DNA of 20,000 nucleotides, from the IMG/VR virus record IMGVR_UViG_3300021400_001748. The stretch is one strand, 5' to 3'. Positions within the stretch are counted from its first letter, which is position 1, and the number at the start of each line of letters is the position of its first letter. Position numbers and translations under genes: made by a program. The notes beneath the pieces are model-generated. The model worked only from the letters and a program-made list of their open reading frames with translations, was not told where the DNA came from and did no database searches. This document shows, one piece after another, positions 1 through 8,927 of the stretch. The stretch comes from an uncultured virus (IMG/VR IMGVR_UViG_3300021400_001748). Taxonomy: Duplodnaviria > Heunggongvirae > Uroviricota > Caudoviricetes.

Positions 1-1
1 T

Positions 2-163
2 ACAAACCAGAATGGATACTTTAACGTTGCTGTTGGTATTCAGTATGGTCATGGCACCAGAAATGGTGGATATGTTCAGGGCATAGACTACATTAATCCA
101 GCTATGAGGCCAATATTTGAACAGATAGCAAATGAAATTTGGGCGGAGGTGATTTCGGATTGA
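2..163 (+). CDS. 3' end of HK97 gp10-like neck/tail-completion protein (partial, runs off window start)
   Basis: Frame 2 reads TNQNGYFNVAVGIQYGHGTRNGGYVQGIDYINPAMRPIFEQIANEIWAEVISD* (TGA 161-163). The YGHGTRNGG..YINPA pattern resembles the HK97 gp10 family. The stop overlaps the TTG start of the next gene. Not in the ORF track. Confidence 0.75.
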   Translation, partial: TNQNGYFNVAVGIQYGHGTRNGGYVQGIDYINPAMRPIFEQIANEIWAEVISD

Positions 164-3100
164 GTAACGTTGATGAAAGAATCGTCGAGATGAAATTCGA
201 GAATCATCTCTTTGAAAAGAACGTAAATACTTCTATTGGAACTCTTGAAAAGCTTAAGAATGCACTTAAGTTTAACGGAGTTGATAAGAATTTAGCTGAT
301 CTTGATAAGTCTGTTAATTCAATGGACTTTTCGAAATTAGCGGCAGGAGTTGACGCTCTTAATAAACGATTCTCAACCATGGGAATCGTAGGCATGACAG
401 TTATTCAGGACTTAACTCGAGCTGCTGAGAATTTAGCTCATAAGATGGCCTTTGGTCTATTTAATCAGATGAAGACTGGTGGCTGGTCTAGAGCTACTAA
501 TATTGATCAAGCTAAATTTCAGCTTGAAGGTCTTGGCGTAGCATGGAACGATATTGTAGCAGATATCGAATATGGTGTAAACGATACTGCGTACGGACTT
601 GATTCAGCAGCTAAAGTCGCATCACAGCTTGTAGCATCTGGTATCACAATAGGTGATAATATGCAAGCTGCACTTCGAGGTGTATCAGGCGTCGCTGCTA
701 TGACTAATTCATCGTACGATGAGATTGGAGCTATATTTACTACTGTTGCAGGTCAAGGCAAGCTTATGACCATGCAGCTCAGGCAGCTTGAATCGAGAGG
801 TCTTAACGTTGCTGCTAACTTAGGAAAAGCATCTGGCAAACTTGCTGGCAAAACAGAGTCTGAGATTCGTGACATGGTAACGAAAGGCAAAATCGATTTT
901 CAGACCTTTGCTGACGCTATGAATGAGGTATTTGGTCCTCAGGCAAAGAAAGCAAATGAAACATTCGAGGGTTCGCTTGCTAACATGAAATCAGCTCTTT
1001 CCAGAATTGGTGCTGAATTTGCAACACCGATTAGAAAGAACATGATTCCTATTTTTAATAAATTAAGAGAAATCTTTAATGATATTAAAAAACAGAAACT
1101 CGGACAGGTTTTTAAAGACTTCGAATCATTTGCTTTTAAAATGTCCAAGTTTGCATATGGCGTATTGGACACACTTCATAAAAACCTTGGGTTCGTTGAC
1201 ACATTAGCCGGAGGAATTCATTCTATATGGATCTGGTTCGACGAACTTATGCAAGGCGTTTCTCCGGTATGGAAATTCTTTACAAAAGCTGAAGAAAAGG
1301 CTGAGGTTGCGGCTACTGCGATCAGCAAAGTAGGCCTTACTCTTGAAGTTGTTGAGGATCTTGCTCAGAGAGTATTAGCTGGTGAGTTCGGGAATGAACA
1401 GGCCAGATGGGATGCCATTGATGAGCTTACAGGAATTGAAAATGCAGGTCTTGCTGTTCAGAACAGAGTAAATGAATTACTAAATTGTTCTAAAAGATAT
1501 TCTGAAGCTGCTGAAATAGTTGAAGATTCAACAGCAAAAGAACAAGAGGCTTTAGAAAAAGCCGGAGAGTCTATAAAAGACTATGCCGAAGCCCAGGATG
1601 AAATTCAGACTACTGCGCAAAGCATGATAGAGACTCTTAAGAAAGCTTTTAGTGAAATCGATCAAGCCGCAATATTTGAATGGGCTGCAACTGTTATTGG
1701 CGGATTCAGAGCTGCTTTGACTATTCTTGGAAGAACTGTTATGGCAGTTGCTGCCGGAGCATTAGAGCCGCTCATTGAGATCGGTAAAACTATAGCTGGC
1801 GTATTCGGCAAAGTAACAGCAACAATTGCCGAATGGATCATGGATTTTAGCAAGTATATGAAAGAGTCAGGTGGCTATGCAAAGATCCAGACCGTTACTA
1901 ACAAAGTATTCAAAACATTTTCTTCTATATTAAAAGGCACAGTAAAAGTCGGATCAAAAGTATTTGATATTCTTGGGAACACTATAGGAAAAGTTGGAAG
2001 TATAATTGATCAAGCTAAGTTCCGTTTCCAGGTGTTCATGGAGCTTTTAAAGAATACAGAAGGATACAAACGACTTACTGAAGCGTTTGATAATATTGGA
2101 TCTAAATTAACAGAATTAAAAGATAATGCATTCTCCAAAATTCAGGATGCTTTAAACAGATTTATGGAAACGGATGTTGAGCTTCCTAAAATTAATCTTA
2201 TGGATCTTGCCAATTCTGTAAGCGACGGAATTGTCTGGATGCTTGATAAAATTAATGAGCTCAAGACATCGATCCTTGATTTCTACAATACGAATATCAT
2301 TGGTGAAGGCGGCTTGATGGAGAAGCTTCAGAACTTCTTCTCGAGTGAGAATCTTCAAGCTGGCATTCAGAATTTCATTGAACTTATCAACGAAGCAAGA
2401 GAAGCTATTGTTAAATTCTTTACTGGAACATCCGGAGCAGAAGGAGAAGCTGGAGAAACCACTAGCGGATTACAGAAGTTCTTGGATGACGTTAACCGGA
2501 TATTTGAACAGATTAAGCAAACAGTAGTTGATCTTGTAAGCGGCGGTGTCGAAGACTTTAATGAATTCGTGAATAGAATCAAAGAGTCCATACCCTCGCT
2601 TGATGAAGTTGTAAAGAAGATAATGCATATCGTTGGTGAAATTACTGCTATAAACTTCATCAGGGCTGTGAACGGTATAATGACTTCTATTAGTCATATT
2701 TCCGGAATCCTTAGAAATGTAAAAGGAGCTATCGGATCGTTTAAATGGTTCTTTAGATCTTTGTCTTTAGCTGTTTCTGGCTTGGCACTACTTGAAATTG
2801 CTGGTGCCATTGGTATATTAGCTTTGTCGTTTAAACTTCTCGGTTCTCTTTCTTGGGACCAGTTTAAAGTAGCTGCAGCGGCAATTATTGTTATAACAGG
2901 CGCATTAGCTGTACTGTTTGCAGTTATTGGTCACTTTTCTGCTGGCAAAGGTGGAAAAGTTATAGAAACTCCGCTTCAGTCACTAACAGAAATGGTGAAA
3001 ACTCTTTCTAGTACGATAAGTAAAGCCATGAAAGGCATAGGAAGAGCTGCAACGATAGCTGCATTCGCTTACGCTGTTAAGACTATTTACGACGTCATCA

Positions 3101-6100
3101 TGTCTGTTGTAGATATGCCATGGTACAAAGTAAAGACAGGCCTTAAACTTGTTGGGGCTATTCTGGCTGAAATAGTAATTGCTATGGCTGCACTTAATTT
3201 GCTTGGCGGTCATAAATCTACAGGAATGCAGAGAATTGGACAGGCTGTTCAGATTGTAGCTTTTGCAGCTGCCATAAAATTAATAGCAAATGCCATAGCT
3301 CAGATCGCCGAATTAGATGCTAGTAAGGCAGAGCAAGGCATTAATGCTATTAAGACTATATCGTTATCGCTTAGTGCCTTGATGGTTTCATCCAAATTTT
3401 CTAAACTTTCTTTAAAGCCTATTATAGGTCTTGGATTATTATTTGCTGCAATTGCCTATGCATTTAGTCAGATGGCTGGTATGGATCCTGATGAAATGAA
3501 AGCAACGGCAGGAGCTTTGACATCTATCATTGGCACGCTGTCACTTCTTGTATATTCTCTTGGCAGGATGTTTAAGAGCAGTGGAAGTGGAGATATTAAA
3601 TCTACTGTTGTAAGCTTTATCGCTTTGGGAGCTTTACTTGGGGAAATGGCATTGATATTTTCTCTTATGCAAGATATGGATCCGCTTAAAATGGCAGCAC
3701 AAGCTGATGCGATGGCAAAAGTATTGAGATCATTAGCTCTTGTTATGTGGGCCACGTCTAAAATTGGTAGTACAGGATCTATTGGCGGCGATATTAAAGG
3801 CGCTGTTGGTACATCATTTAGTGCTGACATTATACTAGCTAATGTAACTGGCATTATGGCTATTGCAGGCTTGATTAATGAAAATGCTCCGTGGCTAAAA
3901 GATTTAATGGATAATGGAATACCACTGCTTAATAAAGTAGCAGAAGGTATAGGCGAATTCTTTGGAACACTTATTTCACATGCTCTTCTTAATCCGCTTA
4001 AAGACACGTTTGGAGATATGGGAGATGGTATAACGAGTTTCATGTCTTCTTTACAAGAATTCTTTACTGGGACTGCTCAGATAGATACTAGTGGATTAGA
4101 TTCTGTAAAGGGTGTCCTTGAAGTGTTTGGCTCATTAGCAACAGCTGGTGTACTTTCTGCTGTTACTGAATGGTTCCTCGGTGAAAATTCGATGAAGACA
4201 TTTGGTGATCAGTTAATTGACTTTGGTCAGGCACTTGTTGTATATTCTGCCATTATCACGTCTGGAAACGGAATTGATGAAGAGGCGGTTGCATCAAGTG
4301 CAAGGGCAGCGCAGATGCTTTCGGATTTTGCGAATACATTGCCAAATGAAGGTGGCTGGCTAGGAGCTATAGTAGGAGAAAATAATATTTCTGAATTTGC
4401 CAATCAGTTAGTAGGATTCGGTACAGAACTCGTGAAATATTCTGCCATTATCACGTCTGGAAACGGAATTGACGAGGCAGCAGTTACAGCTAGTGCAAGA
4501 GCCGCAACAATGATTGCTGAATTCGCTAATAAAATTCCAAATGAAGGCGGCGTATTAAGCTCTTTGACAGGGGACAATACATTAGCTCAGTTTGCAGCTG
4601 GTCTCGAGCCATTTGCTACCGCTATGGTAACATATTCTGATATTATCAAGAACGGCAATATTGATTCAGCCGCTGTAGAAAACAGTGCTAATGCTGCTAC
4701 TATGATATCTAAATTCGCGAGATCCATACCCAATCAAGGCGGCAAGATAGCAGAATGGGTTGGCGATAATACTCTTTCACAATTTGCTGGTGAATTGGTG
4801 CCATTTGCTACTGAATTAGTTAAATACTCAGCTATCATTACATCTGGAAAAGGAATAGATTCTGATGCGGTGGAAGCAAGCGCTGCGGCAGGATCTATTT
4901 TGGCATCGTTTGCAGATGCGATTCCTAATAGCGGAGGATATTTAGCAGCATGGATAGGTGATAATACTCTTTCACAGTTTGGCGCTACATTAGTACCATT
5001 TGCTGAAGACCTTAAGTCTTACTCAGAAGCGTGCACCGGCTTGGACATGACAGATGCTATTGCTGCCACTGGAGCTATTAGTGATCTTGTTGCATTGTTC
5101 AACCAGATAAATGCTGAAGGCGGACTTCTTGGTGCTGAACAAACAGGTTCTAAACTATCCGAAATAGAAGATATAGTGTCTTCGTTGTTCACTAATTTTG
5201 CTTGGGCACTTGAAGATGTTGACGATGTCACTTCTGTTTCTGATGCTATCAGTAACCTTGGCAAGAAAATCGGTGAAACAATGTCCAAAGGCCTTGCCGA
5301 AGGAATCAAATCCACTGAAGGCGGAACTGATCTTCAGGATGCATTCTCTGGAATGATTCAGAAGATGATCAACGGAGCTGACGGAAAAGCAGGAGATTTA
5401 TCCGGACTTGCTGAATCTATTGTAGCATCTCTTGGAACTATTGGAGATGCAATTACAACCAGCCTTGGTGCTGATAATCTGTCTGCTACTATTGTTCCTG
5501 AGCTTACCGCTGCTCTTACTGAGATGTTTGCTACGATCAATTCTAAGCAGCCTATCTTCCGTACTGCTGGCAATAATTTGGTTAATGCCCTTGCGGGAGG
5601 AGTAAGACAGGGTCGTTCTTTGGTTACAGCAGCTCTTCAGGCAATAGGCATTGCTGGATTTAATGCTATTAACGCTTATCAGTCAAGATTCAGAACTGTA
5701 GGCCGTAATTTGGCTGCTGGCCTTGCTGGAGGTATTCGTCAGGGAAGGAATGAAGTAGTAAATGCTGCAAGAGACGTTGTGGCTGCTGCAAATACAGCGG
5801 CGCAGCAGACAGCAGGAGAGAACTCACCTTCTAAAGTATGGGATGGCTTTGGTGCTTACATGGATGAAGGCATGGCTAACGGTATTCGGAAGAATGTTGG
5901 CCTTATCGTGAGCGCGGCTAAGGGCAGTGTTAACGCTGCTAATAAGTCTATCGAAGGCGATTTATCTTCCGGAATGGATAGAGTAACCGATAATCTCTAC
6001 AATCAGCTAATTGCAGTATATCAGTACATCAATTCTGTTATTAATGAATCCACTAACATCAACCCAGTAATCACTCCAGTAGTAGATCTTTCACAAGTTC

Positions 6101-6405
6101 AAAATGGGATGTATTCTGCAGGTGCAATGCTTTCATCTGCAGGCAGTGCGTTCGGTGCAGGAGCTTTTTCCTATGCGAGATCCAATTTCCCAGGATCTTA
6201 TAGTTATGGACTTACATCTCAAGGAGCTTCAAACGTAGAAGTTGTGAGAGCTCTTAATGGCGTCAGATCTGATCTTAAGGATCTTGGAAACGCTTTATCG
6301 GCCATGGATATGGTTCTTGATAATGGCGTCCTTGTAGGCCAGATGGGAACCGGTATGGACAGGCAACTTGGAACTATTCAAAAGTTTAAAGAAAGATGGG
6401 CGTAA
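160..6405 (+). CDS. Tail tape measure protein (~2081 aa)
   Basis: Very long Ala/Gly-rich helical ORF with an N-terminal tape-measure domain (DTAYGLDSAAKVASQL...GQGKL...QLESRG), a hydrophobic middle region, internal repeats and a C-terminal NSPSKV motif; lies directly before Dit. Start moved from 139 to TTG 160 because GGAGGTG (145-151) lies 8 nt upstream. Confidence 0.93.
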   Translation: MSNVDERIVEMKFENHLFEKNVNTSIGTLEKLKNALKFNGVDKNLADLDKSVNSMDFSKLAAGVDALNKRFSTMGIVGMTVIQDLTRAAENLAHKMAFGLFNQMKTGGWSRATNIDQAKFQLEGLGVAWNDIVADIEYGVNDTAYGLDSAAKVASQLVASGITIGDNMQAALRGVSGVAAMTNSSYDEIGAIFTTVAGQGKLMTMQLRQLESRGLNVAANLGKASGKLAGKTESEIRDMVTKGKIDFQTFADAMNEVFGPQAKKANETFEGSLANMKSALSRIGAEFATPIRKNMIPIFNKLREIFNDIKKQKLGQVFKDFESFAFKMSKFAYGVLDTLHKNLGFVDTLAGGIHSIWIWFDELMQGVSPVWKFFTKAEEKAEVAATAISKVGLTLEVVEDLAQRVLAGEFGNEQARWDAIDELTGIENAGLAVQNRVNELLNCSKRYSEAAEIVEDSTAKEQEALEKAGESIKDYAEAQDEIQTTAQSMIETLKKAFSEIDQAAIFEWAATVIGGFRAALTILGRTVMAVAAGALEPLIEIGKTIAGVFGKVTATIAEWIMDFSKYMKESGGYAKIQTVTNKVFKTFSSILKGTVKVGSKVFDILGNTIGKVGSIIDQAKFRFQVFMELLKNTEGYKRLTEAFDNIGSKLTELKDNAFSKIQDALNRFMETDVELPKINLMDLANSVSDGIVWMLDKINELKTSILDFYNTNIIGEGGLMEKLQNFFSSENLQAGIQNFIELINEAREAIVKFFTGTSGAEGEAGETTSGLQKFLDDVNRIFEQIKQTVVDLVSGGVEDFNEFVNRIKESIPSLDEVVKKIMHIVGEITAINFIRAVNGIMTSISHISGILRNVKGAIGSFKWFFRSLSLAVSGLALLEIAGAIGILALSFKLLGSLSWDQFKVAAAAIIVITGALAVLFAVIGHFSAGKGGKVIETPLQSLTEMVKTLSSTISKAMKGIGRAATIAAFAYAVKTIYDVIMSVVDMPWYKVKTGLKLVGAILAEIVIAMAALNLLGGHKSTGMQRIGQAVQIVAFAAAIKLIANAIAQIAELDASKAEQGINAIKTISLSLSALMVSSKFSKLSLKPIIGLGLLFAAIAYAFSQMAGMDPDEMKATAGALTSIIGTLSLLVYSLGRMFKSSGSGDIKSTVVSFIALGALLGEMALIFSLMQDMDPLKMAAQADAMAKVLRSLALVMWATSKIGSTGSIGGDIKGAVGTSFSADIILANVTGIMAIAGLINENAPWLKDLMDNGIPLLNKVAEGIGEFFGTLISHALLNPLKDTFGDMGDGITSFMSSLQEFFTGTAQIDTSGLDSVKGVLEVFGSLATAGVLSAVTEWFLGENSMKTFGDQLIDFGQALVVYSAIITSGNGIDEEAVASSARAAQMLSDFANTLPNEGGWLGAIVGENNISEFANQLVGFGTELVKYSAIITSGNGIDEAAVTASARAATMIAEFANKIPNEGGVLSSLTGDNTLAQFAAGLEPFATAMVTYSDIIKNGNIDSAAVENSANAATMISKFARSIPNQGGKIAEWVGDNTLSQFAGELVPFATELVKYSAIITSGKGIDSDAVEASAAAGSILASFADAIPNSGGYLAAWIGDNTLSQFGATLVPFAEDLKSYSEACTGLDMTDAIAATGAISDLVALFNQINAEGGLLGAEQTGSKLSEIEDIVSSLFTNFAWALEDVDDVTSVSDAISNLGKKIGETMSKGLAEGIKSTEGGTDLQDAFSGMIQKMINGADGKAGDLSGLAESIVASLGTIGDAITTSLGADNLSATIVPELTAALTEMFATINSKQPIFRTAGNNLVNALAGGVRQGRSLVTAALQAIGIAGFNAINAYQSRFRTVGRNLAAGLAGGIRQGRNEVVNAARDVVAAANTAAQQTAGENSPSKVWDGFGAYMDEGMANGIRKNVGLIVSAAKGSVNAANKSIEGDLSSGMDRVTDNLYNQLIAVYQYINSVINESTNINPVITPVVDLSQVQNGMYSAGAMLSSAGSAFGAGAFSYARSNFPGSYSYGLTSQGASNVEVVRALNGVRSDLKDLGNALSAMDMVLDNGVLVGQMGTGMDRQLGTIQKFKERWA
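4180..5025 (+). repeat. ~4.3 tandem 64-65 aa repeats inside the tape measure gene
   Basis: Unit G[DE]N..S.F...L..F...LV.YSAIITSG.GID..AV..SA.AA.M...FA..IPN.GG. Exact 36-nt DNA repeat at 4242-4277 and 4437-4472; GATAATACTCTTTCACA at 4765 and 4960. Both pairs are 195 nt apart. Confidence 0.95.
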
Positions 6406-6416
6406 GCTCAAACGTT

Positions 6417-6453
6417 AGAGGCAGGTACTAATTGTCGGTATCTGCCTCTTTTT
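6417..6453 (+). terminator. Intrinsic terminator after the tape measure gene
   Basis: AGAGGCAGGTAC (6417-6428) / GTATCTGCCTCT (6438-6449) form a 12-bp stem with one G-U pair, followed by a T run. Confidence 0.75.
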
Positions 6454-6472
6454 ACTAAGAAAGGTGGGCTGA

Positions 6473-7435
6473 ATGAAAGGCAATAATAACTATAATTATT
6501 ACGCGATTCAGTTTATCCCGGATGATAAGGATATTTATACAGCTTCTGCACTTGCTAAAAGTCCGCCTGAACTTCAGTGGAACGGAATAAACACTTGGAA
6601 GTCGTGGCATCTTATTCCTTCGTCTCGTCCGGTTATAAACCCGCCTACAATCAAATCGAATTACATTGACATTCCGGGCGGTAACGGAACTATTGACGCC
6701 AGTACAATTCTTACCCCCTATCCAGTCTATAACGATAGAGAGGGAAGCATTGAATATTATGTCACAAGAAATTATGACTCATATGATTCTTGGACAAAGG
6801 TATATCATAATATATTGAATTATCTTGGCGGAAAGAAGTTCAAAGTGATTCTGGAAGAAGATCCTGCCCATTACTATCGAGGAAGAGTCAATGTAAATCA
6901 ATGGAAATCTGAAAAAGATTGGTCCAAGATAACACTCGACTATCATCTTGAGCCGTTTAAATACGAGGTAGTGTCCTCGACTGACAGGTGGCTTTGGGAT
7001 CCATTTAGTTTTATTGACGGTGTCATAACTCCTGAGGTAAATGGCCGAACAATTTATGACAGATTTGTTATTAACAGTTCGAATCGTGAGCACATCGCCG
7101 TCAGAAACTATAATGACAGTAATCCTATATATGGAGCTAAGATGGAAATTACTCCTGGAACAGCTCCTTTTAGCCCGACTTTTTCTATAAGATGCGACAC
7201 GAATATAGTTTCTGGTAATCATACATGGATGCATGTCCTTCAAGTTAGACAGTATTCAAATCATCTTGAGAAGATTAGTGAAACGGAACTCAAGTTCACC
7301 GACAATACTATGATGACAAAAAGATTCTATGACATGACATTCTACGAAAAAGATTATGATGAATTTATATTCTTCGAGACACCTGCCAATTACCAGTTTA
7401 CGGTAACAGTTAATTTCAGGAGAGGGTGGCTCTAA
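6473..7435 (+). CDS. Distal tail protein (Dit)-like, 320 aa
   Basis: Directly follows the tape measure gene. Motifs YIDIPGGNG.ID, EDP.HYY.GR, ITLDY..EPFKY and WLWDPF are typical of Firmicutes siphophage Dit proteins. Confidence 0.85.
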   Translation: MKGNNNYNYYAIQFIPDDKDIYTASALAKSPPELQWNGINTWKSWHLIPSSRPVINPPTIKSNYIDIPGGNGTIDASTILTPYPVYNDREGSIEYYVTRNYDSYDSWTKVYHNILNYLGGKKFKVILEEDPAHYYRGRVNVNQWKSEKDWSKITLDYHLEPFKYEVVSSTDRWLWDPFSFIDGVITPEVNGRTIYDRFVINSSNREHIAVRNYNDSNPIYGAKMEITPGTAPFSPTFSIRCDTNIVSGNHTWMHVLQVRQYSNHLEKISETELKFTDNTMMTKRFYDMTFYEKDYDEFIFFETPANYQFTVTVNFRRGWL

Positions 7436-8916
7436 TGTATATCATAAAAGCTGGAGACGAAGTCGTTCACAATGGAATGATTAATGATAGAGATTATGTA
7501 GCTCTTTCTGGATCTATGAAAAATGAATTCAATAGAGCTGGAACGTTGTCATTTTCTGTCCCTGCAAATAACTATGCTTCTTCACATAATCTGATTAAGA
7601 AACTGTCCAGTGTCATAAAAGTATTTGACAAGTACGGAAATCTTAAATGGAAAGGAAGAGTTCTTGATACTGCTAAGGATTTCTATGGCCGCATGACGTA
7701 TAACTGTGAAGGATGGATGTCTGTTCTTAACGATTCTATAGTACGTCCTAATGTTGGAGCTGGCGATAAAGATAAAGGCATCATAAAACCTCCTGCTACC
7801 ATAATGCGAGCTCTTATCGATAACCATAATAGCCAGGTAAATAGCTCAAAACAGTTAACATTAAACATGATCGGCATCTCAGCTAGTGTTAATGTAACTC
7901 TTCCATATCCAAATTATGAGACCACTCTTGATTATATTCAGAGTAATTTCCTTTCAAATGAAGATATTGGCGGATTAATGTGGGTTGCAGATAACACGCT
8001 TAATTATTACTCTGACGGTGCTTTTTACAATAGATCGTCAAAGCAGTCGATAGTATTTGGAAGGAATCTACTCGATCTTGTTGATACGAAAGACGCTTCT
8101 GAAGTTTTTACTGTAGTACTTCCAGTTGGAAAAGATGGGCTCCTTTTATCTAGTACAGCAGGATATGATATTTATCCAGCTCCTGGAGAAGCAAATGTAC
8201 CATCAGCAGTAACTAATGCCATTAATACGTTTGGACGAATTGTTAGATATGAAGACTTTTCCGACGTTGAATCTGTTTCTATATTAAAGAATAAAGCGAA
8301 AGATTTGCTACTGAAGAGTATCGAAGAAACTTCTATTATAGAAGCAACAGCATTCGATTTAGGTCTCACAGATCGTGATGCGGGAAGTGTAGATGTTGGA
8401 ACTTACGGCGAAGTACATTCAGTTCCTCACGGATTATCCGAAGCGTATCTTTGCACAGCTGCTGAAATTGACATCTGTAATCCGGCTAACTCTAAATTTA
8501 CGTTTGGAACAAATCCAGATACGTTAACGACAAAGCAGACAAAGCTTGCAAGAAAAGTGAATGCAAATGTCAGGTATACTGAAGAAGTTCAGAGAATTGA
8601 CATGTCATATTCTATATTTGAGGAAACGGTGTCAGTTAACAATATTACATTTTATAGAGCTGGAAGAAATGTCTTCTTATCATTTGCTGTCAAGTTTTTG
8701 AAAGTAGTTCCGAACGACAGGGCATCTATACTCACGTTTAACAATAAATATGCACCTCCTTCAATAGAGGATTCGTACGATGCCGCTACAGATGAAAATA
8801 CGGATTTGACATATAGGATTCGTGTCACTGCTGACGGCAAGATTCAGATCTTTAACAATAGCGAGATTGCAGTAGATCATATAGTAACTGGCGTTGTTAG
8901 TTGGGATTATCAATAA
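7435..8916 (+). CDS. Tal / prophage-tail (baseplate hub) protein with a small C-terminal beta-domain
   Basis: Follows Dit. Motifs AGTLSF..P, W.GRV, CEG....LNDS, FG.NLLD, T.V.P.GKDG and FG.I....F.DV match the prophage tail (endopeptidase-like) family. ATG 7435 overlaps the Dit stop (TAATG); GTG 7426 is an alternative start. Confidence 0.82.
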   Translation: MYIIKAGDEVVHNGMINDRDYVALSGSMKNEFNRAGTLSFSVPANNYASSHNLIKKLSSVIKVFDKYGNLKWKGRVLDTAKDFYGRMTYNCEGWMSVLNDSIVRPNVGAGDKDKGIIKPPATIMRALIDNHNSQVNSSKQLTLNMIGISASVNVTLPYPNYETTLDYIQSNFLSNEDIGGLMWVADNTLNYYSDGAFYNRSSKQSIVFGRNLLDLVDTKDASEVFTVVLPVGKDGLLLSSTAGYDIYPAPGEANVPSAVTNAINTFGRIVRYEDFSDVESVSILKNKAKDLLLKSIEETSIIEATAFDLGLTDRDAGSVDVGTYGEVHSVPHGLSEAYLCTAAEIDICNPANSKFTFGTNPDTLTTKQTKLARKVNANVRYTEEVQRIDMSYSIFEETVSVNNITFYRAGRNVFLSFAVKFLKVVPNDRASILTFNNKYAPPSIEDSYDAATDENTDLTYRIRVTADGKIQIFNNSEIAVDHIVTGVVSWDYQ

Positions 8917-8927
8917 CGGGGTAAACT

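Noticed and set aside
4242..4472. 36-nt exact direct repeats as a CRISPR array
   Set aside because: Only two copies, in frame, 195 nt apart and inside a coding repeat.
204..5573. Numerous antisense and alternate-frame ORFs within the tape measure gene (and similar ones inside other genes up to 18926)
   Set aside because: They are shadows of long real genes, with no recognisable motifs.
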